From Candidatus Omnitrophota bacterium (GTDB lineage Bacteria > Omnitrophota > Gorgyraeia > Zapsychrales > Fredricksoniimonadaceae): a stretch of DNA of 64,000 bases. The notes below the pieces were generated by a model. The model did no database searches, was not told where the DNA came from, and saw only the letters and a list, made by a program, of their open reading frames with translations. This document shows positions 1 through 8,953 of this stretch, piece by piece. The translations under genes were made by a program, and so were the position numbers. How positions within the stretch are numbered: position 1 is the first letter of the stretch; every line of letters starts with the position of its first letter. The DNA lies in NCBI GenBank assembly GCA_963828495.1, contig CAWHFJ010000017.1, forward strand, positions 84,342 through 148,341, in the 5' to 3' direction.

Positions 1-2385
1 GAGATAGTCATCCCCGAACTCACCAAAGAAATCAACGAAGGCAAAAACTTCGCCCAACTGCGCCAAGTCTACAACAGCCTCATTTTAGCCACATGGTACA
101 AAAAGAAAATCAAAGACAGCATTTTAGCGCAAGTGTATGCCAATAAAAATAAAATTAAAGGAACAGAATATACACAGAGCATTTTACCCCAAAGCCAACC
201 TGGGGGCAGTTCTGCCAGACAGAACTGCCGCCAAGCCGGCTGCCAAGCAAACGAACCAATGAATGTGAAAGCGACCCAGAGGAACGAACCTAACGATGTG
301 GAACTCATCTATCAGCATTACCTCCAAGCCTTCAAAAAAGGCGTCTATAACTACGTCAAAGAAGAAATTGATCCTCTGACACAACAACCGATACCAAGGA
401 AATATTTTTCAGGTGGAATTAGATGGGACATGGCCATGCTGACAACGACATCCGAGAAACCTGTTCAGGAAGAAGGTTTGTTAAAGGTGTCGGTTGATTT
501 TGCGATGCAATCCGGCCAAGCAAAAAGCCCATCGAATTTCTCTGAAATGCTTAAACTGGAATTTGCGAAGAAAAAGAAACTCAAGGTCCTTGATCTGGGA
601 GCAGGGAGTTCCGATTTTTTAATAAATATGAAAACAATATTAAAAAAAGCGGGCTTCGAGCCTGAACTTACGGCTGTCGATCGAGTATGGGAATGGGTTA
701 AGCCTGATCAGGGATTTGCTTTAAATAATATTCAAACGATTACCGCAGATTTAGAGGAACCCGGAGTTGAGAAAAATTGGGGGAAATTTGACCTTGTTTT
801 TTTTAATGCTCCCACAGGTTTATTTTTCCATGACATAGCCAGACTTGCCAGGCATCTTCTTAGTGAGAATGGAATATTTATTTGTAGGTTTTGGGAACAG
901 GATTCCAAGGATATAGTCAGCTATTTGATCCCTGAGCTTAAAAATGAGGGGCTTCCTTTTATCCAGTTAAATCAGGACCTCAAAAATCTGCCTGAAGGAG
1001 GGGGAAATTTTAGAGGTTTAAGACCCCCTATTATTGTTAAGACAAATGGAGCTCATTTTAGCGAGGATATATGGCCGTTGGCTTTGCGTGTCCACTTGCC
1101 GGAGAATGATTCTGTCAAACCTCCCGAGCAAGGGCATTGGATTACCACAAAGCAAGTTCAAGATTTATTATTGGGCGATCGGTTATGGCAAGAATTAGAA
1201 GAGCTGGTGAATTCTCACCAGGGAGCATTGGATGACTGGATTAGGACTAATTTAGAGGAGAATCCGGAAGGGAAAAATGGCAACCTGGAGATTTCTATAG
1301 AAAACCCGGATCCCGATAAACCTCATTTTGCCGTGTTATACAAGGGAGTGCCGATGGTCGAGGTTAAACTTGTGCTCGAGGAGGGGTTTGGAGATCTGAA
1401 TGTTGTTTACCTTAACCCGGTATTAAGAAGCAACCAATGGGGGACGCGGTTTATTCTTAAGGCCATTGATTACTTTGAAAGTCGGGGTAAGACAAACATC
1501 CGTATAGCTGTTACAGATTATGAGAAAGGATATTGGTATAACAAGATAAAATTAGAGCCAACAGCCGATAATATGTACTCTATGGATACTGTGCGTAGCA
1601 AAATTCAGGAATATTTAAATAATGAAGCAGGGGCCGGCTTGCCATCGCCTGACCGGGATCGGGCCATGCTCAGTATGGCCGAGCCGCAATTGACTAAACA
1701 GAACCCTTATGCCAACGTTTTAAGACATTTTGTTGAGCATACCACACCGGAGAGTATCACAAGATTGGAATTGCTGCATAAGTTAGGCCCGGAGATTGAA
1801 AAGAAAGTGCGGGAAATCTTAGGGAAAGATGATGAATTAAAGATTGCTGTTCTTCCGATTGGCAGTACATTAATGGGTTATGCTGGGGCCTACAGTGATG
1901 TGGAGTACACCCTGTGTATACTGGCTGGAGGTGATAAAAGATGGGAGGGCGTGTTAAGTCAATCAAATAGGAAGCAGATATTTGAAGCCGTAAATCAAAT
2001 GATTGCCAAAGAGGGAAAGGGGATACCGGTAGAAAAAGAGTTGGAAGCCGGACTGCTGCATATGCAAATTTTTGATTATTCAAACATGGATCGGATTTCC
2101 GGGCGTCTCAGCTTTGAATGGGATGTAGCGTATGCCTTCCTGCCCGCAGTTTATGGGGATAGCGTGCTCATCGATCAAATGCGTAGGCATATTTTGTCGC
2201 ATATTTACGCAAAGGATGATCCTGAATTCTCTTGGGAAATAGTGCAGGAAGAATTTAGCGACATGACAACTCCCAATCCGGCCAAAACAACCATGACCTA
2301 TGACCAGGAACGTCAATTACCGGATTTGCCGGATATGCCTGAAGAATACCAAAATAAGGCGATGAAGGGCAGAGGACCGAATTGA
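1..2385 (+). CDS. 5'-truncated large multidomain hypothetical protein (conserved N-region, class-I SAM methyltransferase-like, GNAT-like and Pol-beta-type nucleotidyltransferase-like segments)
   Basis: Frame 1 is open from base 1 (EIVIPELTKEINEGKNFAQLRQVYNSLILATWYKKK... precedes the listed Met at 133), so the gene starts left of the window. Stop is TGA 2383-2385. Motifs read from the translation: KVLDLGAGSSDF (MTase motif I), FDLVFFNAP, RSNQWGTRFILKAIDYF (GNAT-like), IGSTLMGYAGAYSDVEY (GS-x10-DxE NTase signature). Domain calls are motif-level only. Confidence 0.6.
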   Translation, partial: EIVIPELTKEINEGKNFAQLRQVYNSLILATWYKKKIKDSILAQVYANKNKIKGTEYTQSILPQSQPGGSSARQNCRQAGCQANEPMNVKATQRNEPNDVELIYQHYLQAFKKGVYNYVKEEIDPLTQQPIPRKYFSGGIRWDMAMLTTTSEKPVQEEGLLKVSVDFAMQSGQAKSPSNFSEMLKLEFAKKKKLKVLDLGAGSSDFLINMKTILKKAGFEPELTAVDRVWEWVKPDQGFALNNIQTITADLEEPGVEKNWGKFDLVFFNAPTGLFFHDIARLARHLLSENGIFICRFWEQDSKDIVSYLIPELKNEGLPFIQLNQDLKNLPEGGGNFRGLRPPIIVKTNGAHFSEDIWPLALRVHLPENDSVKPPEQGHWITTKQVQDLLLGDRLWQELEELVNSHQGALDDWIRTNLEENPEGKNGNLEISIENPDPDKPHFAVLYKGVPMVEVKLVLEEGFGDLNVVYLNPVLRSNQWGTRFILKAIDYFESRGKTNIRIAVTDYEKGYWYNKIKLEPTADNMYSMDTVRSKIQEYLNNEAGAGLPSPDRDRAMLSMAEPQLTKQNPYANVLRHFVEHTTPESITRLELLHKLGPEIEKKVREILGKDDELKIAVLPIGSTLMGYAGAYSDVEYTLCILAGGDKRWEGVLSQSNRKQIFEAVNQMIAKEGKGIPVEKELEAGLLHMQIFDYSNMDRISGRLSFEWDVAYAFLPAVYGDSVLIDQMRRHILSHIYAKDDPEFSWEIVQEEFSDMTTPNPAKTTMTYDQERQLPDLPDMPEEYQNKAMKGRGPN

Positions 2386-2401
2386 TACCCGACGTAGGGG
2401 A

Positions 2402-3058
2402 GTGTTAGCAGGGCTTCTCGCTACAGCTGCTGTTGTCGGACTATCCCCTGAGAGTTTATTTTCTCTGCCTCAGGTCAGTTCTCATTATACGCAAGAAGAT
2501 ATAAAACAAATTAATGCGTATATCGAGGGTTTCCATGTTGGTTATTACGATTTTCAAGAATATGTGACGGGTAAGGATAAAGCCAAAGCCATGGGGTTCC
2601 TTATGGGAAATGGATTTATCGATTTTTATGATCAATTACGGTATCGGATCCATGAAAAAGTCCAGGTCACTAAACAAGAGTTTATGGCTATTGAGAATGA
2701 TATTGTAAAGGAAATGGCCAAAGGCAAAAATGTGTCCCCCTATCAACAACATGGAGTAGAAGGATTTTTTACAGGCATTTGGTCTGATTATATTGTGGCT
2801 TTAGCCAATAATCAGCCGGATTTGAAAATGATTACCCATGATTTAATTTATCAAGCGAAACAGCATTCGGCCGCATTGGGCGCTATGGTCAATAAAATGA
2901 CTTTAATGATCACTCCGGCAGCGAGTGATGATTCAAGAAATGATTTTTTGAAGGCATGGGGAAAGTTTAATGAAACTTATTTTATTCCTCAAAGATATTA
3001 CGTCGATATCAGAATGCAGGGTGTAGGGGAAGAAAAACAGGCCGGGTTATTTTGCTAA
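2402..3058 (+). CDS. hypothetical protein, possibly exported (twin-arginine-like segment lies just upstream of the listed GTG start)
   Basis: 218-aa ORF in frame 2. The frame is open from 2366 and reads RAEDRIDTRRRGVLAGLLATAAVVGLSPES. I recognise no family. Confidence 0.45.
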   Translation: MLAGLLATAAVVGLSPESLFSLPQVSSHYTQEDIKQINAYIEGFHVGYYDFQEYVTGKDKAKAMGFLMGNGFIDFYDQLRYRIHEKVQVTKQEFMAIENDIVKEMAKGKNVSPYQQHGVEGFFTGIWSDYIVALANNQPDLKMITHDLIYQAKQHSAALGAMVNKMTLMITPAASDDSRNDFLKAWGKFNETYFIPQRYYVDIRMQGVGEEKQAGLFC

Positions 3059-3071
3059 TGTTTATAAAATC

Positions 3072-4914
3072 ATGGATCCCGAATGGCGTGAAGTCAATGG
3101 AACAAATGTTTTGACCATTTATGGCCGTAAAATGGATCGGGTTTATTCGGCAGGAGATTTGGGCGATAGTGTGCTGGGGCAGAGACTTGTATTTATTGAT
3201 TTGGATGCCGTTGATGGGGAAGTTAATAAAATTATGGAGACACTCAGAGGCAAGAGTCCGTACTTTTTATTCAAGGGAAAACGACGGGTGGATGCCACAA
3301 AATTAGTCAAGAGAATATTCGCCGGCATGAATAAAAATGATATCCGTGAGCAATTTTTACATGGCACGCGCGCCCATGAATTTTTTCATCAGGCACAAGA
3401 TATGCTTCAGCTTCCGTATAAAGGAACAGATTATTTTGGTTTCTCTGCCAATATCTGGAAGGAGCGGGTGGCTCCTCAAGAGAGGGAATCTTTAGACCGC
3501 GAAACCGGCGCTATGCTTGCCCAAATCATTTCAGCTAAAGACCCCGGGTTAGAATTGTTTGATATATTTAAATTTGCTTTGTCCGGGCAAAACAATGCCT
3601 ATTATTTCGGGGCTCTGTGGATCATGAACCGTCTGGATGGCAGACCGGTCGATCAGTGGACAGATGGGCAGAATTTTGATGAGCTTATTAGGCAGTTTGA
3701 GCATATATATGAAATGGGGCCTGTGGGGATAAAAAATAGAGCTCAAAAATTAATGGAGGACAATTGGTCTAAGGAATTGTTGAAAGCCGTTGAAGGTGCT
3801 GATGCTGCCATGTTTTCCACACAGCGGATTGCGGAATACAAAAGAGCTTACAACAGATTTGTTAAGAATAAAAATCCAACGTTGAGTTTTATGGATTTCG
3901 TACTCGATCGATTGGTGAGAGAATCATTGGGTAATATTAAAGTTGATAAGGTTATTTATGGCGCATCGGGAGCGGATATTACCAATGTGCTTTTAAGTAC
4001 CCAGGCCAAGACGGTTTACATGGTTTCAGCTGACCAGAATTCAATAGATTATTTAAAAAAATACATTGAAGATGATTGGGATTCAGTGGATGGTTTAAAG
4101 CAGCAACGCACGTATGCCGCATTAAAATATAGTCAAGGTTGGCAGTATTTTTTTGTTAGCGCCAGTTTGATTTGGGCATCAGGTGTTGTGGCGGAATTAA
4201 AGACGTTAGGGCTCAAGAGAGAAGATCTAACTTTTGAAACAGCAGAAGATGGCAGGCCGTCCTTAACATTTAATCTGGATTTAGGTAATGGCATAAAGGA
4301 AAAAAAGAAACATTATCTTTATCCGTGCCAATTTGCTTAATCAACCTTTGAAGGGGGAGGCTGGGGGGCAACAGATTCAACGATTTTCTGAGGTAGATTT
4401 AGGTTTGGTAGACGGATATTATGAACGGGCGAGTATGCTCCTAAGGACTGAGAGGGATTCTTATTTGCCGGCTATCATCCATCGAATTAAGCCCGGGGGG
4501 TTTGCTATTATGAATAATCGTTCATCTGCGGATAAATATCCGCGTATTATTTTAGATCATTTTGAACAAGTTAATCCGTATAAGGCCATTACATATTTAA
4601 TCCTTAAACAATTGTGGGATTTTTTAAATGGTAAATTTAATGGTTATGGTTGGAAAATGCAAGTTTTTGTTAATTATAAACCGTCAGCGGATCAGGCGAT
4701 TAAGGCAGGAGAACCGGAAAGGGGAGGGATCGACCTAACTGCTGATCATATGAATTTGCAGGTTAAAAAAGAGATGGCTTCTCAAGGAATCAAATTTCAC
4801 CTTGACCCTGCTATGATCGTACAACTGCAAAATGCCACTGGTTTTGTGCCTGTGATTATTCATGTAGAGCCGCTCAAAAGCCTTCCGGAGTTTCTGGGAT
4901 TGGCCCAAAACTAA
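3072..4914 (+). CDS. hypothetical HExxH-motif plus methyltransferase-like protein with a C-terminal GGIDL...FLGL module; frame broken at the A7 tract 4300-4306
   Basis: ORFs 3072-4340 (frame 3) and 4333-4914 (frame 1) overlap. Frame 1 is already open from 4297 (RKKRNIIFIRANLLNQPL...), so the two join across the A7 run. Motifs: TRAHEFFHQ (HExxH), VIYGASGADITNV and IKPGGFAIMNN (MTase-like), and the terminal GGIDLTADHMNLQVKK...GFVPVIIHVEPLKSLPEFLGL. Confidence 0.5.
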
Positions 4915-4948
4915 GAAAATCCCTGATTATTTTTTTATATAAAGAGAA

Positions 4949-4976
4949 TTGACATTAGAAAAATCAGAAGTAAGAT
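4949..4976 (+). promoter_or_regulatory. sigma70-like promoter (TTGACA-16-TAAGAT)
   Basis: TTGACA at 4949-4954 and TAAGAT at 4971-4976 with 16-nt spacing. A GAGGGAG Shine-Dalgarno precedes the ATG at 5025. Confidence 0.45.
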
Positions 4977-5024
4977 AAAAGTATAAAGATTTTTATTAAC
5001 AATTTTATCGATTGAGGGAGAAAT

Positions 5025-5531
5025 ATGAAAAATCTGGTTCTGGTGCTGGTGGTGGTGTTTGCTCTAACGACATTCATTGGGTGTAACAAAAAGAAAAAAG
5101 ATGAAGCTGCTGAACTCAACGGAGTGGCCACGGAAAATGTCGTGTCAGTGAGCGATAATGCCATCCAGAATGCAGATACTAATGCTGTTCCTGTGGTTGT
5201 GGAAAATGCGGCTGCTGCGGCGAATGAAGCGACTGAGCCTGCGATGAACGCTGATATCGGCAAACCCACACCCAAGTTGATCCAGCAGGCTTTGAAGAAT
5301 GCCGGCCTTTATGACGGTAAAGTTGACGGTAATATCGGGCCAAGGACCAAAAAAGCCATCGAAGCTTTTCAGTCCCAGAATGGCCTGAAAGCGGATGGTA
5401 AGGTGGGCCGCAAAACATGGAAACTTTTATCCGCTTATTTGAATAAAAGCGCGGAAGTGACTAATCCGTCCGCCGATACCCAAGCGGTTGCAATAAACCA
5501 ACAAGAAATAAGGCGAATCAAGAGTCAATAA
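5025..5531 (+). CDS. lipoprotein with a peptidoglycan-binding domain (PG_binding_1-like)
   Basis: Signal peptide with lipobox LTTFIGC. C-terminal LIQQALKNAGLYDGKVDGNIGPRTKKAIEAFQSQNGLKADGKVGRKTW matches the PG-binding repeat pattern. Confidence 0.7.
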   Translation: MKNLVLVLVVVFALTTFIGCNKKKKDEAAELNGVATENVVSVSDNAIQNADTNAVPVVVENAAAAANEATEPAMNADIGKPTPKLIQQALKNAGLYDGKVDGNIGPRTKKAIEAFQSQNGLKADGKVGRKTWKLLSAYLNKSAEVTNPSADTQAVAINQQEIRRIKSQ

Positions 5532-5566
5532 GAAAAAGTTGTGCAACAAGAAGGAGGAACAAGGTA

Positions 5567-5769
5567 ATGGCCAAAGGTAAAGTCAAATGGTTCAATAATC
5601 AAAAAGGTTATGGTTTTATCACCCCGAAAACGGTAAAGATGTTTTTGTCCACCACACCGCAATCAAATCCGACGGTTACAGAACCTTGGAAGAAGGCCAG
5701 GAAGTTGAATTTGATATTCAACAAGGCCCCAAGGGCGAGCAAGCCGTGAACGTTACGAAGGCCACATAG
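5567..5769 (+). CDS. cspA: cold-shock protein (CspA family); frame broken in the C4 tract 5622-5625
   Basis: [20 protein letters not shown] in frame 2 continues in frame 1 as [47 protein letters not shown]. One extra C would restore a 67-aa Csp. A hairpin terminator follows. Confidence 0.85.
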
Positions 5770-5784
5770 AATCAAAGACATTCC

Positions 5785-5814
5785 AGGCCTGGTTGTAAAA
5801 CCAGGCCTATTTTT
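5785..5814 (+). terminator. rho-independent terminator after csp
   Basis: AGGCCTGGTT-GTAA-AACCAGGCCT forms a perfect 10-bp stem and is followed by ATTTTTGG. Confidence 0.8.
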
Positions 5815-5867
5815 GGAATTTTTTATGCCCAATGAACTGATACGAGAAAAATTAGAGCTCCCTGATC

Positions 5868-6439
5868 ATGCGAGAAAATACTTCTGCATTCCTGCTGTGC
5901 GCCATGTTCAGGGGAATTGATGGCAGCGATGTTAGCCTCCGGCATAGATTTTACCATTTTTTTATAATCCTAATATCTATCCTCGTCAAGAATATGATAT
6001 ACGCAAGAATGAAAATAGGCGTTATGCCGAAAAATACAATGTGCCTTTTGTGGATGCGGATTATGATACCTCAAACTGGTTGTCCCGTGTCAAAGGCCTG
6101 GAATTGGAACCTGAGCGTAGTGCGCGCTGCAGTATCTGCTTTGATGTGCGTTTTGAACGCACGGCCCTTTATGCCCATGAGCATGATTTTAAGGTGATCA
6201 CTTCGTCCTTAGGCATGTCACGCTGGAAAGATAGAGACCAGGTCAATAGTTGCGGTGTTCGTGCCGCTTCACGCTATGAAAATATGGTTTACTGGACGTA
6301 TAACTGGCGCAAATATGGCGGATCAGCGCGCATGGTTGAGATCGCCAAACGGGAAGGATTTTACCGGCAGCAATATTGCGGATGTGTTTATTCCTTAAGA
6401 AATGCCAATTTGAGGGGGAATTATGGTCCTTACACCTAG
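5868..6439 (+). CDS. queH: epoxyqueuosine reductase QueH (DUF208); two frame breaks
   Basis: MRE (frame 3) continues as [28 protein letters not shown] (frame 1), then [35 protein letters not shown]...QQYCGCVYS (frame 2). The breaks fall at the A4 run 5875-5878 and the T7 run 5957-5963. Confidence 0.8.
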
Positions 6440-6869
6440 AAAAGTTACGGTCTCCGCCGGCGGAGTTGTCATTAACCCGCAGGGACAAGTCTTGCTTGTC
6501 AATCAAAGGGGGACATCGTGGTCTTTACCTAAAGGGCATGTGGAGGCCGGTGAAGACCCCCTCCAAACGGCACAGCGTGAAATACTGGAAGAATCAGGAG
6601 TGACGAGCGTAAGCTTGGTACAAGTCTTAGGCGTGTATGGCCGTTATAAAATAGGCAAAAATGGCGGCGAAGACAAGAACGAATGGAAGATCATCCTCAT
6701 CTTTTTATTTAAAACCAAACAAAATGATGTGCACCCTCGAGACCCTTTGACCCCCCAAGCACGATGGAGCCATCCTGATGAAGTGGAAAGTGTATTAACC
6801 CACCCTAAAGACAAAGCTTTTTACCGGAGCATTCGTTGCCGGATCAATACAGGAGCCCTACCGGCATAA
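6423..6869 (+). CDS. NUDIX hydrolase
   Basis: Nudix box [23 protein letters not shown]. Confidence 0.8.
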   Translation: MVLTPRKVTVSAGGVVINPQGQVLLVNQRGTSWSLPKGHVEAGEDPLQTAQREILEESGVTSVSLVQVLGVYGRYKIGKNGGEDKNEWKIILIFLFKTKQNDVHPRDPLTPQARWSHPDEVESVLTHPKDKAFYRSIRCRINTGALPA

Positions 6870-6878
6870 ATATTTTTA

Positions 6879-6887
6879 TGCTATACT
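6879..6887 (+). promoter_or_regulatory. possible extended -10 promoter element (TGcTATACT)
   Basis: TGCTATACT sits 26 nt upstream of the ATG at 6913. There is no good -35. Confidence 0.3.
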
Positions 6888-6912
6888 TATATATAGAGAT
6901 AGGGCTTGAGCT

Positions 6913-7401
6913 ATGATTAAATATTTATTAAATATTTTGGTTGTATTTTTGATGTTATCTTCTTTTTGTTTTGCCAACAATGATGATAATGGTTTACAAA
7001 AAGAATACGGCACTGATCTGACCAAGGCGCCTTTTTTCTTACGTTTTAGTTTTTACAATACATATAAAAAAGATTGGGAAGAGTCTTCTTATGCGGAACG
7101 TAAAACTTTTATAATCAAGTACCAAAAAGATTTAATCGCAGATCAAAAAAAAGAACAAGCTGAAGCCAGGGCTAAAGCTCAAAAAGAAAGAGAACTTCTG
7201 CGTAAGAAGAGAGAAGAGGCGCGAGCAGAAAGACAAAGACTAAAAGACGAAGAAGCAGCAAAGAAAGCCGAAGAAAAAGCTGAAAAAGAACGCCAAAAAG
7301 CATTTGAGGAAACTGTGCATGAGGAGCAAAAAGCTTTGCAAAGCGAGCGACAACAATTCGAGCAAGAACGCCAACAACAACAGCAGCAGGGTCAACAATA
7401 A
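6913..7401 (+). CDS. secreted K/E/R/Q-rich coiled-coil protein
   Basis: N-terminal signal peptide (MIKYLLNILVVFLMLSSFCFA) followed by a low-complexity charged helix ending in a poly-Q run. Confidence 0.55.
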   Translation: MIKYLLNILVVFLMLSSFCFANNDDNGLQKEYGTDLTKAPFFLRFSFYNTYKKDWEESSYAERKTFIIKYQKDLIADQKKEQAEARAKAQKERELLRKKREEARAERQRLKDEEAAKKAEEKAEKERQKAFEETVHEEQKALQSERQQFEQERQQQQQQGQQ

Positions 7402-7435
7402 TCAGTGGCTGATTAAAAGCCCATCTTATTTCCCC

Positions 7436-8092
7436 ATGCATTTTAAAATTTCAACAGTTATTTTTGATATGGACGGTGTTATTACAGACACCATGCCGTA
7501 TCATTTTCGTGCCTGGAAATCTGTTTTGGCCTGTGCAGGCGTAGGCGTCAGCCATGAGGACATCTATAAACGGGAAGGGCAAAAGGGCATTGACAGCGTG
7601 CGCGAAATTTTTATGGAAAAAGGTAAAATGTATACGGATGCTGTAGGCCGCCAAATCCTTCAAAAAAAAGAAAAATTATTTAAAAGAATTTTTAAACGTA
7701 AATTTATTGCCGGGAGCAGGGCCTTTATTAAAAAACTTAAAGCCCGAGGGTTTAGACTGGCATTGGTCACCGGGACATCCCGCAGTGAAGCGCAAAAACT
7801 TCTGCCTCTTGATTTATGGCATTGTTTTGACGTAACAGTTTGCGGTTGTGATGTGCAAAATGGCAAGCCTCATCCGGAACCGTATTTAAAAGTCCTCCAA
7901 AAATTACATATAAAACCTGGCGATGCCATTGTGTTAGAAAATGCCCCATTAGGTATCCGTTCGGCCCAATCAGCAGGACTTGGGTGTCTGGCCTTGGAAA
8001 CATCCCTGCCGCGTGTTTTTTTAAAAGAGGCGGATGCGGTATTCTCTTCTTTTAAAGCCATGCAATCCAAGGTCACTTTTATCAAAACATAA
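7436..8092 (+). CDS. HAD-IA hydrolase, beta-phosphoglucomutase family
   Basis: VIFDMDGVITDT (DxDG motif I), LVTGTSR (motif II) and a GKPHPEPY segment. I chose ATG 7436 rather than the 7304 extension, which overlaps the previous gene. Confidence 0.75.
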   Translation: MHFKISTVIFDMDGVITDTMPYHFRAWKSVLACAGVGVSHEDIYKREGQKGIDSVREIFMEKGKMYTDAVGRQILQKKEKLFKRIFKRKFIAGSRAFIKKLKARGFRLALVTGTSRSEAQKLLPLDLWHCFDVTVCGCDVQNGKPHPEPYLKVLQKLHIKPGDAIVLENAPLGIRSAQSAGLGCLALETSLPRVFLKEADAVFSSFKAMQSKVTFIKT

Positions 8093-8094
8093 CA

Positions 8095-8953
8095 ATGAAT
8101 ATCCTTTTATTTTATAAAAACAGCACCTATGCCGGATACTTCTTAAGCGATCGCCGTCGTTTGGCCTTGTTAAAAGGGATGTTGAATTCCCAAGAAATCA
8201 ACGTTTCCGCCGCACCCATGACAATCATTTTTGGAGCCTGTCTTATGTGGAGACGGTCTTAAAAATGAGGAAATGTAAATTTACCAAAGCCTGTCGGGGC
8301 TCTTCTATTAATTACAACCGTTATGATTTGATCATTACGCTCGGAGGGGACGGCACTTTTTTGGAAGCCGCCCGGCATGTGGAAAATCAAATTGTTTTAG
8401 GGGTCAATTCAGATCCCGCCTGGAGTGTTGGGCGCTTTTGTTGGGCCCATCCTAAGAATTTTGAAAAATTGTTAGATAAAATTTTGGCAGGCCATTGGCG
8501 TATCAAAAAGTTTAACCGTTTACGCTTGTCCTTTAGCGACGGTACAAACCCCATGAATGTGCTTAACGATATTCTCGTCTGCCATGAAAACCCTGCGGCT
8601 ATGAGCCGTTATTATATAACTATCGGAAAAATCAAGGAAGAACAAAGGTCTTCCGGCATCTGGATTCCACAGCCGCAGGCTCTTCCGGAGGGATTCATTC
8701 CGCCGGTGGTAAGGTTTTGCCTCAGGAAGCGCAAACGTTTCAATATAAACCCAGGGAACTCTATAAAGGACAGCACGTGCATTACGTTCTTAAAGGAGCG
8801 GTACTCAAACCCTTTCAAAAAATCACCCTGACTTCTCTCATGCGGGAAGGCGTTGTTTTTGTGGATGGTTCTCATGTCTGTTTACCGTTTTCTTTTGCCG
8901 CTGAAATTCAAGTCACTCATTCTCCGAATCCTTTAAATATTGTTTATGCTTAA
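8095..8953 (+). CDS. nadK: NAD kinase; two frame breaks
   Basis: MNILLFYKNSTYAGYF...LNSQEI (frame 1) continues as QRFRRTHDNHF...ITLGGDGTFLEAAR...EQRSSGIWI (frame 3), then STAAGSSGGIHSAGGKVLPQEAQTFQYKPRELY... (frame 2). The GGDGT motif is present. Confidence 0.75.

Noticed and set aside
7304-7435. Long N-terminal extension of the HAD hydrolase ORF (start at 7304)
   Set aside because: The extension overlaps the 3' end of the coiled-coil gene by about 100 nt and reads as low-complexity out-of-frame sequence. ATG 7436 places the DxDG motif at the normal distance from the N-terminus.
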